A stretch of 38,888 bases of DNA from NCBI GenBank assembly GCA_002256025.1, contig NKIB01015011.1, positions 1 through 38,888 on the forward strand. The letters are read 5' to 3'. The first letter of the stretch is position 1, and every line of letters starts with the position of its first letter. Made by a program: the position numbers and the translations under genes. A model generated the notes under the pieces. That model was not told where the DNA came from and made no database searches. It saw nothing but the letters and a program-made list of their open reading frames with translations. This document shows positions 23,801-38,013 of this stretch, one piece after another. The DNA comes from Asterionella formosa. Taxonomy: Eukaryota.

Positions 23801-25299
23801 GTTGATAATTAGGGCAGACTTCACAGCTGACTTTGATTCACATGCCTTGGCCATGGGGCTTGCCAAACTATGGGAGCATGGAAAGACAATGATGGACAAT
23901 GAATATCTTTCTACTGAAAAACATGTTCGTTATTTCCACAGCAGGGGTGCGCATGGCGTACAGAGATTCCTGGTAATTCACAAGCATCTGTTCCTTGTAG
24001 ATTAGATCGATATGAAAAAGGGCTATTCTTGAGTGCATCTGTTGATTGAATTCGACCATATAACTTTTCAACAACATGGACTTCAGATGCTCCTTCGTTT
24101 TCTACTCCAAACTTAGCTAGAGAAGATACATCTTTGTGAATATTGCATGTTGCTGCTACCTTTGGAGGTAAAGGGATCAATTCTGGAGGGTTAATGAAGT
24201 GTCTGGAGATGTCAGCTGCTCTCTCTGATGAAATTTCGGCATTAGATTTTTCAGTGCATTGGTTCTACTGATTGATCACTGGTAGAGGGCAAGGAATACC
24301 TGTACTTGACTTATTGTCTGCCGGAAAATTGTGTGACATTGCATCAGCCCCAATGCCAAACAGATCAAAAATCATTGCTGAATCCATTGTCATTGACAAT
24401 TCCTGCAAAGGAATCCAGGATCACTTGTTCTCTTCTCATGCCTACTTGTTATTACAACATCTTTCTTTGAGCAATTGATATAGTAAATTTCTTCTCCTGA
24501 ACTTACAGAAGAAAAAACTTTTTCTTGAGAGAAAAAGCAAAGCATCAAATGATTAAAAAATCAAAAATAATGTAGATGACTATAGAATGACTTGGCATGC
24601 AATGACTGTTAACAGCAATGCCAGTTCGATACTGAAGGGAGACTACCAAAATGTTTTAGTGACTAACTTTAACTGAAAATGCTATTCAAAGGTAGAAATG
24701 GCACAGTATGCACTTGTCAAAGCTCCTGACTGGGATTTGGATCTCTTTTTACATTCTATTATTTGTATAAAAATATGTCCCCTTTCTTCTAATTCATCTT
24801 AATCAACTTCGACCAATTTGATGTTATCTTAATTATCTTCATCGAATTCGATGTTTTTTACTGTTGTCATGAAAATCAGAGAATGTTTTTCTTTGCCTGT
24901 AGCCTTTGTAACAGTCTTCAACTTTATTGCCTGATGTTTTAATGCCACAGAATGGGTGAAACATTTCTAAACAAATGATACAATAATTCAATTGAATGGT
25001 GACCCTACACATAACAAACAGGCTGTTTGTCATCAATGTTGAATTGTATAAAGAATCAATTTTGGAAACTTTGGCTACTGAAATTGCTTTAGTAATGATT
25101 CCAAATGTAGTTTGTGGAATATGATCATTTTTTGCAGGTGGTTTAGCTGTCAATTCAAATGCAACTGCAAGTTTGATGATAGTTTTTGATTTAACTGCAG
25201 GCATGTCAGTGGTTGATGGAGAAGATGTCAAACCTTAATCAGAAATTTTCAATACTAGATGGTCGAATTTTGTTTTCAGATGCTGCTCGATGTTTGGCA

Positions 25300-26385
25300 T
25301 GGTAAGCATTTTCAAAATCAAGCTGCTTAAGGAATCATCGACAACATGCAGAATAATTGTTGATTTTTGTGTTTGTCTTCAAAATGAAGGCTTTGATGAG
25401 CTTAACAACAAGCTTGATTCTTGAAAATCGTTTGTTTCTGTGACTGTAGTGAAATTTAAACGCCATTGGTTATGAATTTGTTTCTAGCTGGGAAATTCTG
25501 CCCTGGAAGCATTGTAGATTATTTTTATTGTCAAAGAAGTGTGTGCCAAACCATTCATGCCAAATCGACATGCATCTCAAATGATTCTTATAGAGTTCAT
25601 ACCTCGGAAATCTATTTTCATTTTTCTTCATATAAATGGCACTTAAAGGCGTTGATTCACTTGGAAGATTCAAAGATTTGTTACTTTCCATTGATGATGA
25701 GGACTTTGCAGAGGATGAAAAATTGAAGATTGACAAATGATTCAAAATGGTCTGTAGGTGTTGTTGTCGAACTAAGCCATCAACTCTGTTGTTCAACTGT
25801 GAAAAGTTTGCTCTCAGTTCAGGACGAAAGTTTGTAAATCGACATCTGAAACAGGCAAAATACGGTCAATTCTTAGATCCACTGGAGAGCAAATTAAGAA
25901 AAGTAAAGGCGGCAGAATTGGTAGCTGGGTCAATAGATTCAGTTTCTTTTTCGATAAATGGAAATGTTTGTTGCAGGGTTGTTGAAGGTTTGATGTGATC
26001 TCATGGAAAAAACTTCTTTTTTCACCTGGATGGCCAGCCTTAATATTCATGGCTTTCATTGGTAGCTTAGCTGATCAAACATCAAGTCAAGTATCCACAT
26101 TCCAATTTCCAAGGTTGTTGATGTTATAGCCATTACTTTAATCCAATTCTACTTGAACTGAACCAGCCCATCGACCAAATTGCACGAAATGTTTTGAATT
26201 AGCTAATGCCAAGATGTCTGCAATTATTCTTCATGTTACTTTCATATGACTGATCAGTTACTGCAATGGTATTGTCGAGGCGCTGAGAATCTTTTAACAA
26301 CTTAATGTTGAACTAAGCTTGGATTGAAGTAAAATCAAAGGATTCTGCTTTTCCACTCTGCATAGATCTTGCCATTAAATAAAAC
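25300..26385 (-). pseudogene. Crypton-like tyrosine recombinase relic (Ndc10 domain II + GCR1_C)
   Basis: FYLMAR..FDFT...*FNIKLL..DNT..Y..LGI / SKHFVQFGRWAGS...LGNWN...*SAKLPMKAM...AGH / FPFIE..AAFTFLNLL, then YEL..H....IWHEWFG..ISQLE / WR / RFSRIKLVVKLIK. Many stops and frameshifts. Confidence 0.75.
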
Positions 26386-26689
26386 CACAGCACAAAATGA
26401 AGTCTGACGCGTCGTTTGAATACCGGTATAATAATAATGACCTCTTCTACTGTACATAATACATAAAGTTCTTCACAGATATTCCCATCATATATAAATA
26501 TTTAGATAATAATGTTCATCACGAACAAAAAGTCGCTTCCTTCTTTCCATCCTATTTTATCCATCTTCTTTTGAAGGTCGCCGTCAATTACATCGCTCGT
26601 CGTTTCTATCCTTTGGTCCCGAGGAACAGTGATTGATCTCTGAGCACTCATATAAAATACAATACTATACAAAGGTCTTCATTCGAAAT

Positions 26690-28378
26690 ATGATAATTTC
26701 AGAAATCCATGAGAAGATTCTCGCTCGGAATGCGAAAGAAACGATTCCATTTGTTGCTGTTCATGAAGCAAACGCGATGTTATTGAACCAAATCGATGCG
26801 CTTCGATTCAAGTGCGAAAATATGGAGCGTGAGAATTCTTCCCAGAAAGTCGTTCTGGACGAAATGACACCAGGAGGAAAAGGGTCAACAAATGCGGCGC
26901 TGAAAAATGAAGCGCGGCTTCGTCAGAAGGTGGAGAAGCTCCAAGAGGAGCTCAATGACAAGCTTCGAATATATTCAGAAATAAGTGCCAGTGCACTCAA
27001 GACAGCAAAAGAGTTGGCCTCTGCAAAGGATCTAAATACATCACAAGAAGCTACAATTTCTATCCTAAAGCATGAAAATGCTCGCAACGAAAATGTCATT
27101 GAGCATATCACGAATGAACTTGACGAAGCCAAAAACTCAAGAAGACTAGCAGAGCTGCAATATGAAGGATTAAAGGAAACAATCAGAACACTTCAAGAAG
27201 AGAACGATTCGTTAAAGAAGGAGAACCGTCAGCTGATAGACCGTATGGTATCCGGAAAGGAACAAACCTCCGACGAGATCAATATCCTCAATGTGATGGT
27301 TGAGCATCTCAAGAAGGAAGTGGACATGCTACGGACTCTAAAGATACAGGATGAAAAAAGACGTATTTGGTTTGGCAAGTCAGCTGTGTTTGAATCAGAA
27401 AATGGTACAGAAGCGTTGGAAAAGGGTCCTCCATCATCGCGGAAATTTGGATCTATTGGTACAGTTGTTCCTCAATCTCCAAAGTACAAAATTGAGGCCC
27501 ACAAAGGGGAGGCGACAAGTGTTCGATATGATGGTACCGGAATGGACTTGGTGGCTACTGCGAGCAACGATTCAACTGTGAAAGTTTGGGACACGAATGG
27601 AATTTTAAAAGCTACTCTGCGAGGAACAAATGGGCATGTTATAACAGCTTGTGACATCTCAGGCGGGCTTGCCGTTGGCGGAGGGAGCGACAAGATGTGC
27701 AGAGTCTGGAATCTAAAAACAGAGCGAATGGTACATCAACTGATTGGTCACGCCAACAAGATAACTTGTGTACGACTATTTGGTGGCGAGAACGCAGTCA
27801 TCACTGGAAGTGCAGATCGCTCATTGAAAATTTGGGATATTTCGCGCAAGACTTACCGGCAGACGACAACTCTTCGGCACAGTTCCACGTCTTGTTGCGT
27901 AGATGTAGCGTCTGACGCTTGCACAGTTGTTTCAGGTCATGTAGATGGAGGTCTCCGATTCTGGGATGCGAGGACAGGGGATAAAACAGCTGAAATTCAA
28001 GGTTTACACGAAGGAGGTATCACATCTGTACAGTTCCATCCTAGCATAATGACTCAAGTCCTAACGACTGGAAGAGATTCTACTGTAAAGTTGGTCGACA
28101 TTCGAACGTGCGTGGCACTTGAGACCATGAGCCATAACGACTATCGTATCAGCTGCAGTTGGTCATCCTGCGCATTTAGCCCTGATGGAGTGTATGCTGG
28201 TGCTGTTTCAAGCACCACAGGAGAAGTGTTTGTGTGGCGAACAGTAGATGGCTCACTGGAGGCCAAGTTAAGTGGTCACACAAATGGTGCCGCAGGGTTT
28301 GCGTGGGGCCGAGGTGGCGCCAGTGGCCAACAAGTTGCATCTGTGGATCGAGGTGGCAATCTAATCCTTTGGGCATAG
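26690..28378 (+). CDS. ATG16: Autophagy protein ATG16(L)-like: N-terminal helix, coiled coil, C-terminal WD40 propeller, 562 aa
   Basis: I..K/R I L.RN..E...F N-terminus, long coiled coil ending LKKENRQLIDRMV.GKE....IN..N, and multiple GH..WD repeats. First ATG at 26690; intronless. Confidence 0.85.
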   Translation: MIISEIHEKILARNAKETIPFVAVHEANAMLLNQIDALRFKCENMERENSSQKVVLDEMTPGGKGSTNAALKNEARLRQKVEKLQEELNDKLRIYSEISASALKTAKELASAKDLNTSQEATISILKHENARNENVIEHITNELDEAKNSRRLAELQYEGLKETIRTLQEENDSLKKENRQLIDRMVSGKEQTSDEINILNVMVEHLKKEVDMLRTLKIQDEKRRIWFGKSAVFESENGTEALEKGPPSSRKFGSIGTVVPQSPKYKIEAHKGEATSVRYDGTGMDLVATASNDSTVKVWDTNGILKATLRGTNGHVITACDISGGLAVGGGSDKMCRVWNLKTERMVHQLIGHANKITCVRLFGGENAVITGSADRSLKIWDISRKTYRQTTTLRHSSTSCCVDVASDACTVVSGHVDGGLRFWDARTGDKTAEIQGLHEGGITSVQFHPSIMTQVLTTGRDSTVKLVDIRTCVALETMSHNDYRISCSWSSCAFSPDGVYAGAVSSTTGEVFVWRTVDGSLEAKLSGHTNGAAGFAWGRGGASGQQVASVDRGGNLILWA

Positions 28379-28493
28379 CGAGTTACGCGACAAGAAGAGA
28401 AGGTCCATGCCATTTATAATCATTTGTATTGAGATGGCCCAATCAAGTGTTGTTCCTTATAATGTATGTCGATTAGTTTGTAGAATAAAAATC

Positions 28494-29052
28494 TTAAGCC
28501 AAAATGATGCCAAGGGCAAGCGCCATGTCCTTGTTGACTTCGATGGCAATCTGAGCTTCAGCAGCCGCAATGCTTCCGGATTCAGCTGAGTTGAATTGAG
28601 CCTTGGCAGCTTCATAGTTACTGGCGATAACTGCGGCATCAAGATTTTCCAACTTGACAGCTTCTGGGCAAGAAATCTCCTGCGAGCAATAGAATTGGTG
28701 AGATTGGAATACGGCAATGGCTCATTTAGTGTATTCCAGGACTTACAGTGTGCGAGTCCGGATGAGTAAATGCAAAGCCCCCGGCAATAAAGTACTTTTC
28801 CGTTTCTCCGTCTCCATGGTCAATCTGAACGACTCCAGGAGCAAGCTCTGAGACAGTTGGAACGTGGTCAGCAGTGACTCCGTACTCTCCTTCCGTTCCA
28901 GGAAGGATCACAGATTCCACTTCAGCGGACTTGTAGATGGTGTCGTGCGGCAAAGCAAAGCTCAGGGTCATCTTGTTGGCAGCGACGGCTTCTGTCGACA
29001 TGAATCGCGCCACACTTCGGCGAATGATCGGAGCGGCGATTCTGGACAACAT
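28494..29052 (-). CDS. ATP5F1D: Mitochondrial ATP synthase F1 delta subunit, 163 aa, 2 exons (29052-28747, 28679-28494)
   Basis: Transit peptide MLSRIAAPIIRR; VILPGTEGEYGVTADHVP..ELAPGVV; YFIAGGFAF. A 67-bp GT-AG intron (28746-28680) leads to EISCPEAVKLENLD...AEAQIAIEV. Confidence 0.95.
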
Positions 29053-29529
29053 GGTGAAGCAAGACAGACAGGCAAGCAAATGCACTGGTGTGGAGTGTGG
29101 AGTATAGAGTGTACCGGTACTATGTATATTATTAAATACTAATTCCTGTACGACCAATAAATATATAGCCATACTGTGTACCGGTATGTGTAAGCGTGTA
29201 AGGTATATCTGTTTGTAGTACGAGGTAAATACTGTATGTAGAATGATTGATTGTTGATTTTTCTTACCAACAGCCACTATGTAGCTACCGGTATGTACTG
29301 CACAGTACATAGGAAGGAGTCCGGGAGTCTCCCGGTGGTCTAATGAATCGGAGCGAGATGTTCATTAACCCCAGACAATTTGATTCGTGACGTCAGCATC
29401 CACAGGGTCAACCCACGTAGAAATCAACGTCCTTGCGCTTTCCTTCTGGGATCTTCGTTCGCCGCTGCCGTTGTCGGAAGATGCGTTGCTTGTAGCGCAA
29501 ATTGTAGCAGGTGTATTTAACGTTTGACG
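29053..29529. promoter_or_regulatory. Bidirectional promoter region between ATP synthase delta and beta
   Basis: 477 bp between divergent start codons. Contains 3 x TACCGGTA, TGACGTCA (29388-29395) and several palindromes. Confidence 0.6.
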
Positions 29530-31337
<1,808 letters not shown>

Positions 31338-31554
31338 GCGACGGGCGTTGCAGCAGATACCACTTATCATGTCAAATTCCCCCAAAAAGTCTAGAATATT
31401 TTCAGCTTATAGAATTCTATCTGTTGATCCATGATACTGATACAGTCTTCAAAATTTATAGTTTCAATCAACACACACCTCACAGTGAATTTCAGTTACC
31501 TGCTGGTATCAAATAATCCATCTGACCCCATGTTGTTTAGTTCCAGGTACCTGG

Positions 31555-32295
31555 TACCACTTTATGAATTCTGGCTGGACTGGTCGTACCACTTAAAAAC
31601 TGCAAACCACCACTATGATGACTTTTGAACTGTAAGGGAAACACACGGTTTGAACTTAGGTGGCAAGATAGTTTGATTATTGTCATGAAGGCAAGCCACC
31701 ACTATGATGACTTTTGAACTCTAAGCCACCCCTTAATGGAGTTAACACACGGTTTGAACTTAGGTTGCAAGATAGTTTGATTATTGTCATGAAGGAGTTG
31801 TTCAGATTTATATAGCAAGTAAATACTTGCGAACTTTTATTGTTGCATTGTGCAAGTTGTTACATACTTATTAACGCCCAAAGGTTGCTGTCAATGCGAA
31901 ATTGCGAAAAATGGATATTTTCACATTTAATCTATTGAGCTGGCATCGCCTTTTCTATATGTGTATATGTACAACAAGGATAATAATATTCTTCTAATAG
32001 AATTAGGTTAGTAAAATTAAATGTGGGTCCGACGTCATTGTGCTTTCTAATACACTATGCATCAGAAGAATTTGGTGATGATGCAAGCGCAAAAACCATA
32101 CCAAGTACTGTACCACGCATAACAGGCACAGTAATACGAAAAGAATTTCTGTAGTATAAATGGAGTAAAAATAATGACGGTTTGGGGGGGAGGGGAAATA
32201 TATTCATGTACAGATGGAAAAATAAGCACTGCAAGCTACCACTATGTCACAATCTTTATGAATTTGAAAATTAGATCTCATTTGAGTATACTAAA
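31555..32295 (+). mobile_element. Family D repeat, internally deleted copy
   Basis: 31555-32050 is homologous to 33270-33690 and 32140-32295 to 34545-34700 (AATTCTGGCTGGA, CGCCCAAAGG.TGCTGTC.ATGCGAAA, CGGTT+poly-G). Internal ~90-bp duplication starting near 31600 and 31691. Confidence 0.75.
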
Positions 32296-33269
32296 TTAAT
32301 TGCTCCTTAAGTTAAAAATAAAAAAGCATGGTGCTTACTCACGGGAGTGAAAATTCCAACGCAAATGCGTTATTTGCATTACTAATAGGAGATTCCATGC
32401 CTATAGTATGCATCCCAATAAGTTTTACCTAAACGCGTTACCACTTTGTTTATGAACCTTTTTTCCAAAGTTACCTACATGACGTAGGATTCTGTTTTGA
32501 CTTCTTAGAATGTCGCAAGCACAAAACGAATTATTCTGCTCATCTTTGAGTTAGTATATATTGCGTACGTGTATTAATATACCAGTATATACCCTGCACA
32601 CTGACCCTTGAGACAGTAAAGGTATACCGGTACCGGTATAAGTCATCATTCATTCGTTATTATGACAGCAACAACTATAACAAATCATTCACAATTTGAC
32701 GACAGTGATCATGTCATCTCTTTCCCTCATTTATCATGGTATACTGACAAATTCCCAGATAGGAATCACACTATTTTATTTGTAAAAATACCAGTAGCCT
32801 AATAAAAATATTTTGCATTTTTATTATATTTTTGTTGTCCTACATCTTAGTCGATGGGCTGACAAGAACATTTAGGTTTTCCTGGAAACTCTTATTTCTG
32901 AACACTGCTGTCGTTTCGTTGTATGATGGCTCCCCTTCCTACCGGTACCTGGTACCGGTAGGCTGAAAAATTAAGACATCTCCTAACCCTAATGTAATTA
33001 GAAGTTTGTTGGCTGCTTAAGTTTTAGAAAGATGTCATTTTCCTGCTTAATTTTAAGCAAGACCTCATTTTCCTGCTTACGTTCAAAGTTTCCTCAGTGG
33101 GAAGGCCGGCTTGCATGCATTTTACACCCCATCCCAAAGGACATAAACGTATACCGCCTTTAGTTTTGCGGCGAATTTTGAAACGTGAATCGAAAATTCA
33201 CTTTCATGTGAACAAGCACCTTTTCTGTATGTCCCTAGTACCCCGGTATCCGATATAACCATTGTACCA

Positions 33270-34700
33270 TACCACCGTATAAATTCTGGCTGGAATCATG
33301 CTGCTCAAGGTGGTTGTACCACCTAAAAACTGCAGGCCACCGCTATGGCGACTTTCGAACTGTAAGCCACCGCTAAACGGAGTAAACGCACAGTTTGAAC
33401 TTAGCTTAAAAGATACGCTATTTATCATCAAGAACGAATTGTTCAGATTTATTTAGTGAGTAAATACTTACCTACTTGTATTGTTGCATTGTGTACATTA
33501 CTCATTATGTATTATCGCCCAAAGGCTGCTGTCCATGCGAAACGGCAAAAATTGGATATTTTCACTATTACTCTATTGAGCAAGCATGACCTTTTAGATA
33601 CATATACATGTATGAGAATATTGCTCAACTAGAAAACTAGTTAAGTATCCCCAATTTATTAATATGGCTATGATGTCATTGCGCTTTCTCTCGTTTGATC
33701 ATATTCACTGATGGTAAAATTCAATTAGGAATTCCTGGCACGCCTGAATTATTAGTATAAAAATTATATGCAAACACAACAATCACTCATCATCCATCAC
33801 AATACTAATCATCATGACCTAGAAAGCACCTTGACAAGGCAAAGACTTGTCTCAAAAGAAGGTGACACCTGAAGAGCTAGCTAATCAGCGTTCAGATTTG
33901 TCTTAATAATGTGATTAGCTAGACGATAAGAAGGCTAGCAATGGTGGCAAATGCCTTATGGTGCTTTTTCTGGGACAGTATTAGCTAAGCAACGCATTTT
34001 CCCTTGGATATCTGTTAACCAAGTGAAAAATGAATTAAAACGAAGTGCTAAACTAGAAGGTATGGCTAGTATTCTGTGTACTACTTCTTGTTCATCCCTA
34101 ATTCAACCATCATCTGCAACCATCATGTCTACATTGTGCGACACCTGAACTTTGTGGCCCTACTAAACCACTTTTCTTGAACGCTGATGGCAGCTTTGCC
34201 TTGCTATTTCCCAGCAAACTCATTCACAATTCATACAAACGATCAGGTGATTTACCGGTTCCACAAACAAGGCAAGCTCTAATTACATGACTTGACAACA
34301 CCAATCACTGTGGTGGCCAGAAGCCGCCATCCCCACTCCATACACCTCCTCCTACTGTGGTTGTTGTTGCTTAACCTCCTCCTGTTGCTATTCTGTCTCC
34401 TGCAACGACTGCTACTGCCGATCCACAATTCCATGATGAAAATTTGAGACTCCGCATGTAGTAATTGGAAGCGAAGTTTGTGATTTATGTAATGCACTTG
34501 AAGAATTCTCTAGCAAAAGTGTAAAATGTTAAGTAATAAGAATAGAATTTTTGTTCAGTAAACAGAGTAAAAATAAGCACGGTTGGGGGGGGGGGGGTAA
34601 TATATACAGACACAGATAAAAAATATGCACTGTAAGTCACCGCTATGCGACAATCGTAGTGACTTTGGAAAAATTAAATCTTCATGTCTCGAGACACTAA
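33270..34700 (+). mobile_element. Family D repeat, longer copy with transposase N-terminus-like relic
   Basis: Homology to 31555-32295. The internal NGG(K)MPYGAFSGTV..RIFPWISVNQVKNELKR (about 33940-34050) resembles N-termini of diatom DDE transposases. No clear TIR or TSD. Confidence 0.6.
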
Positions 34701-36052
34701 ATCAAAACCTTAATAGTGCAGCAAAGAGAATCGTCTCACATACACTTAGCACTTTTTGCATCGATTTTTAATCTTTGTATTACATAAATATTTGTAGTCA
34801 GAGGATAGAGTAAAATAACAGTGGCTTACAGGTTTTACGTGGTACCGAGGTTGCACTCAAAGAGCGATCATATAATTTTTTAGCTATGATTATTCTATTC
34901 TTTTGTATGTATGTATATAATCCAGTATAGCACTACGGCTTACGATGAAGTTATTGTGAGTGGCTGGAGAATGCATGGTGCATCATGTCTTCTCAGCCTT
35001 GACCATGACGAAAATTATGAATATCTCAATGAAAATTTAGAACGAGGACGCTTTGCTATTAGGTACATATATTGAAAGCAACATAGAAATACAATCGTAA
35101 AAGAATAGTTTTAAGAACAATAATATTGGCAATGAAAATTGAAATAGCTGATGGCGCATTTTTTAATGAAATTTATCGATTCACAATTCAAAGCAATGAT
35201 GCTATCAGCATATTTGACACTTTCACAGTGGCTGTACAACCACTACAAATACTAAAACAATAACATGATTAATTATAGAAAAAGATGTCAAACAAGTTAT
35301 TTATTAGCTGAGATATGATTGCTTATATTGATACTGCAAAAATGATCCATTGTGACATAGGGATGATGGAAGCTTGATGGTGATGAGATTTCAAAGTCTT
35401 TTGCTTACCAGTATAAGTACCAGTATACTATGTGTTTTCTTCATTAGTGGCCTTCTTCTTATGCTTAGGCTATTGACTAGCTAACAAAGGGTCAAAGAAA
35501 AAAAGGGGGTTCCAGAGCAAACATTCCAATCGGGGCGCAATTCTACGAAAAACGCGCAAGAAAAAAACGAAGTCAGGTTCACCGTATTGTAGACTATTTA
35601 GAACATATATTACATGCACCATTATGTTCAGAATAATTATGAAATAGGAGGGGCTACCAGACGGAGAATTATTGGAAGTTTCGTTTCTTGTGAGGCAGTG
35701 ACCTAAAGTTTGTTTGCAACTATACCGGAACAGAGGGAGTACATACATACACGGTAGTTTATAAAAGTTATATCACGTTTTTGGTATGATGATGCTGGCA
35801 GTTACGAATTTCCATTCCCAATGACTTTGAAACCATTAATTAAGATAGGGCGGTTGTTTTCATCACTTCGGCTAGAAAAGGATAAAGATTTTGAGTTTGG
35901 AAAGAATAAAGCAAAGGAAGCATGACTTACTTAATTTTTCTCCGGGCCGCCCTTCTATTGCCCTGGTCATTGTTGTCTTATGCTTGATGTTTCCTTGTTC
36001 GGAAGAATGAAATTAACATAAAACCTATGTAACGCACTATGTGGTTATCATA

Positions 36053-37800
36053 GCAATTCCCGCTCCAGCTATCGTCTTGCCATTCAGGTACTTCTAAGTA
36101 ATTTTTAGGCTCTAAGTAATTTCTTAAGTAATTTATATTTTAAGGGCAATATGGGGCACATCGAATTTTTCGGCAATAAAATTGCCGATTTTAGCAAGAC
36201 AGCCAAAATAACGGTAAATGTTGGTTTTTTCAATTGGTCAAAGAACACCACGGAGAAGAGAAAATTTGTGACCATAAAAAAAATCACACAAAAATGATTG
36301 TGACATGCGAATGTCGAAAATTGCGCATCATGTTTCTTTTTGCAACCAAAGTATGATTCATCAACAACAAAGGTAAGCAACGAGAAGATTGTTCAAGTAG
36401 GGAGAGAGCAAAAAAGAGAGAAGGAAAGGAATATAGATTGGGTGAGAAGATCGTTAACAAAATATATGTTTAAAACTTCAATGTCACAAAAAACTTACAC
36501 TCAGATTTTCCGTCATGTAATCACAGGCAGAAAATGAATTTTTCAATATGAAGGAGAAGTTGGGGTAATTGTATGTGCCGCTGGAAGTTGGTGATGTTGT
36601 GGTGGATGGGTGGATGGGTGGATGAGTGGGTGCTGATGATGGAGTTGGCTGGTGGTGGTAGTAGACCGGTGCTGGTTGACTGCTGGCTGGAGGCGGCATA
36701 TGATAGTATCCATGAGGAGGAGGAACAGGAGGAGGAGCATGGGAGTAGTAAATTTGTTGTGGTGGCGCCAGTGGAGGATGAAAATATGGCTGCTTGCACT
36801 TTGCGCTTAGTAGTATTTGTCACTGCTCTTTGAGAGAAACGACGGCTTCTAGTTCCCGTTGTCATTGTAGAATAATCAGTATAATAGAATTGTAATACGA
36901 TTGAATTAAAACAGAGGAACTATGTATATTAGAGTATCATAAAAAGCACCCTCAAACATGCTTCCGAGACATCATATCTGATCTTCACATAGAAAACATA
37001 CTAAAAAATAAATTTTTGAATAATAAGTGAACATAATGTCTGAAAATAGCACCAAAAATGTGACAACGATGGCGCGAAATTGACTTCTTACCCGCGCAAC
37101 CCATGAATCTTGTTCCCCAACAGTCCAATCAACGATATTATCGATGAGCAATCATCCGATTCGTCAGTATCATCCAACAGATCAGATGATGAATAATGAA
37201 ACTTTTTGAGATCAATTGAATTGGGAACAATGATTTTGGCACCACTGCGACGAAGTAGGTTTGATGTCACAACATGAATTCCACAAGAAGACAAGTCGTC
37301 CAACAACCAACCACATCCGTTTGAAGATGAATCGCTACTAGAGTCATCAAGGAACACATTTTGCTTCAAATGAGGCATGATGGTGAATGATTTTCTGTGT
37401 CAAAGCTGTATTTCCGCTCTCATATTTTAGGAAACAAACAAAATCGATATATACAACAGATTGGTGAATACTGGCTGGATATATTATAATCAAATCTGTA
37501 TAATATATAAAATGGTTTCCTTATGTACTAGACCCCTTGCCGATTTCAGCAATCCCAGGGCTGGAAAACAGAGGGGCAATCGGCATCAGTTGTCTTGCCA
37601 AAATGCTAACATATGAAATATTGAAAATATATTTTAATGATGGGCAATATCAGACCTTTGGCAATTTTCGAGGTGAAGATAGGAAATAAACCAAAATTTT
37701 TTTATATGATTGGCAATAGTAGGCTAAAATTGACATTTATGCTAAATTTGTGGGCAGTAGGTAAGCGAATGACGCGACGATAGCTAGAGCGGGAATTGCC
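36053..37800. mobile_element. Family C repeat, copy 2, bounded by a 24-bp inverted motif
   Basis: GCAATTCCCGCTCCAGCTATCGTC (36053-36076) versus GACGATAGCTAGAGCGGGAATTGC (37776-37799), one mismatch. The left part is homologous to 11792-12500. Confidence 0.65.
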
Positions 37801-38013
37801 TCAACAATACACGCCCGAGGTGGTCTCTTGCCTGCGAGTATACATGTGTTCGAGGCTGGGTGGCGCGAGTAGGTTGACCGTACGAGTGGCGCCCCCATAA
37901 ATGTCAATTTTAGCCTACTATTGCCCATCATACAAAATATATTTTGTATATTTCCTATCTTCACCTCGAAAATTGCCAAAGGTCCGATATTGCCCATCAT
38001 TAAAATATATTTT
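37624..38013. repeat. About 118-bp inverted repeat enclosing a flipped half-hairpin
   Basis: 37624-37741 is the near-exact reverse complement of 37896-38013. The spacer contains 37805-37896, which equals the reverse complement of 12153-12244 at 88/92 positions. Confidence 0.9.

Noticed and set aside
26633..26689. TTG-initiated N-terminal extension of ATG16 (and similar GTG/TTG starts in the ORF track)
   Set aside because: Eukaryotic gene. The first ATG at 26690 fits the family N-terminus.
29053..29310. Long N-terminal extension of ATP delta in the 194-aa ORF
   Set aside because: AT-rich, non-coding-like sequence. The transit peptide starts at 29052.
35470..35750. Basic, protein-like decayed frame on the + strand
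   Set aside because: Interrupted by stops, and no family could be recognised.
36484..36865. Pro/His/Ser-rich ORFs (also 12622-12909)
   Set aside because: Low-complexity GGA/GGT/GGAT repeats inside family C leave frames open by chance.
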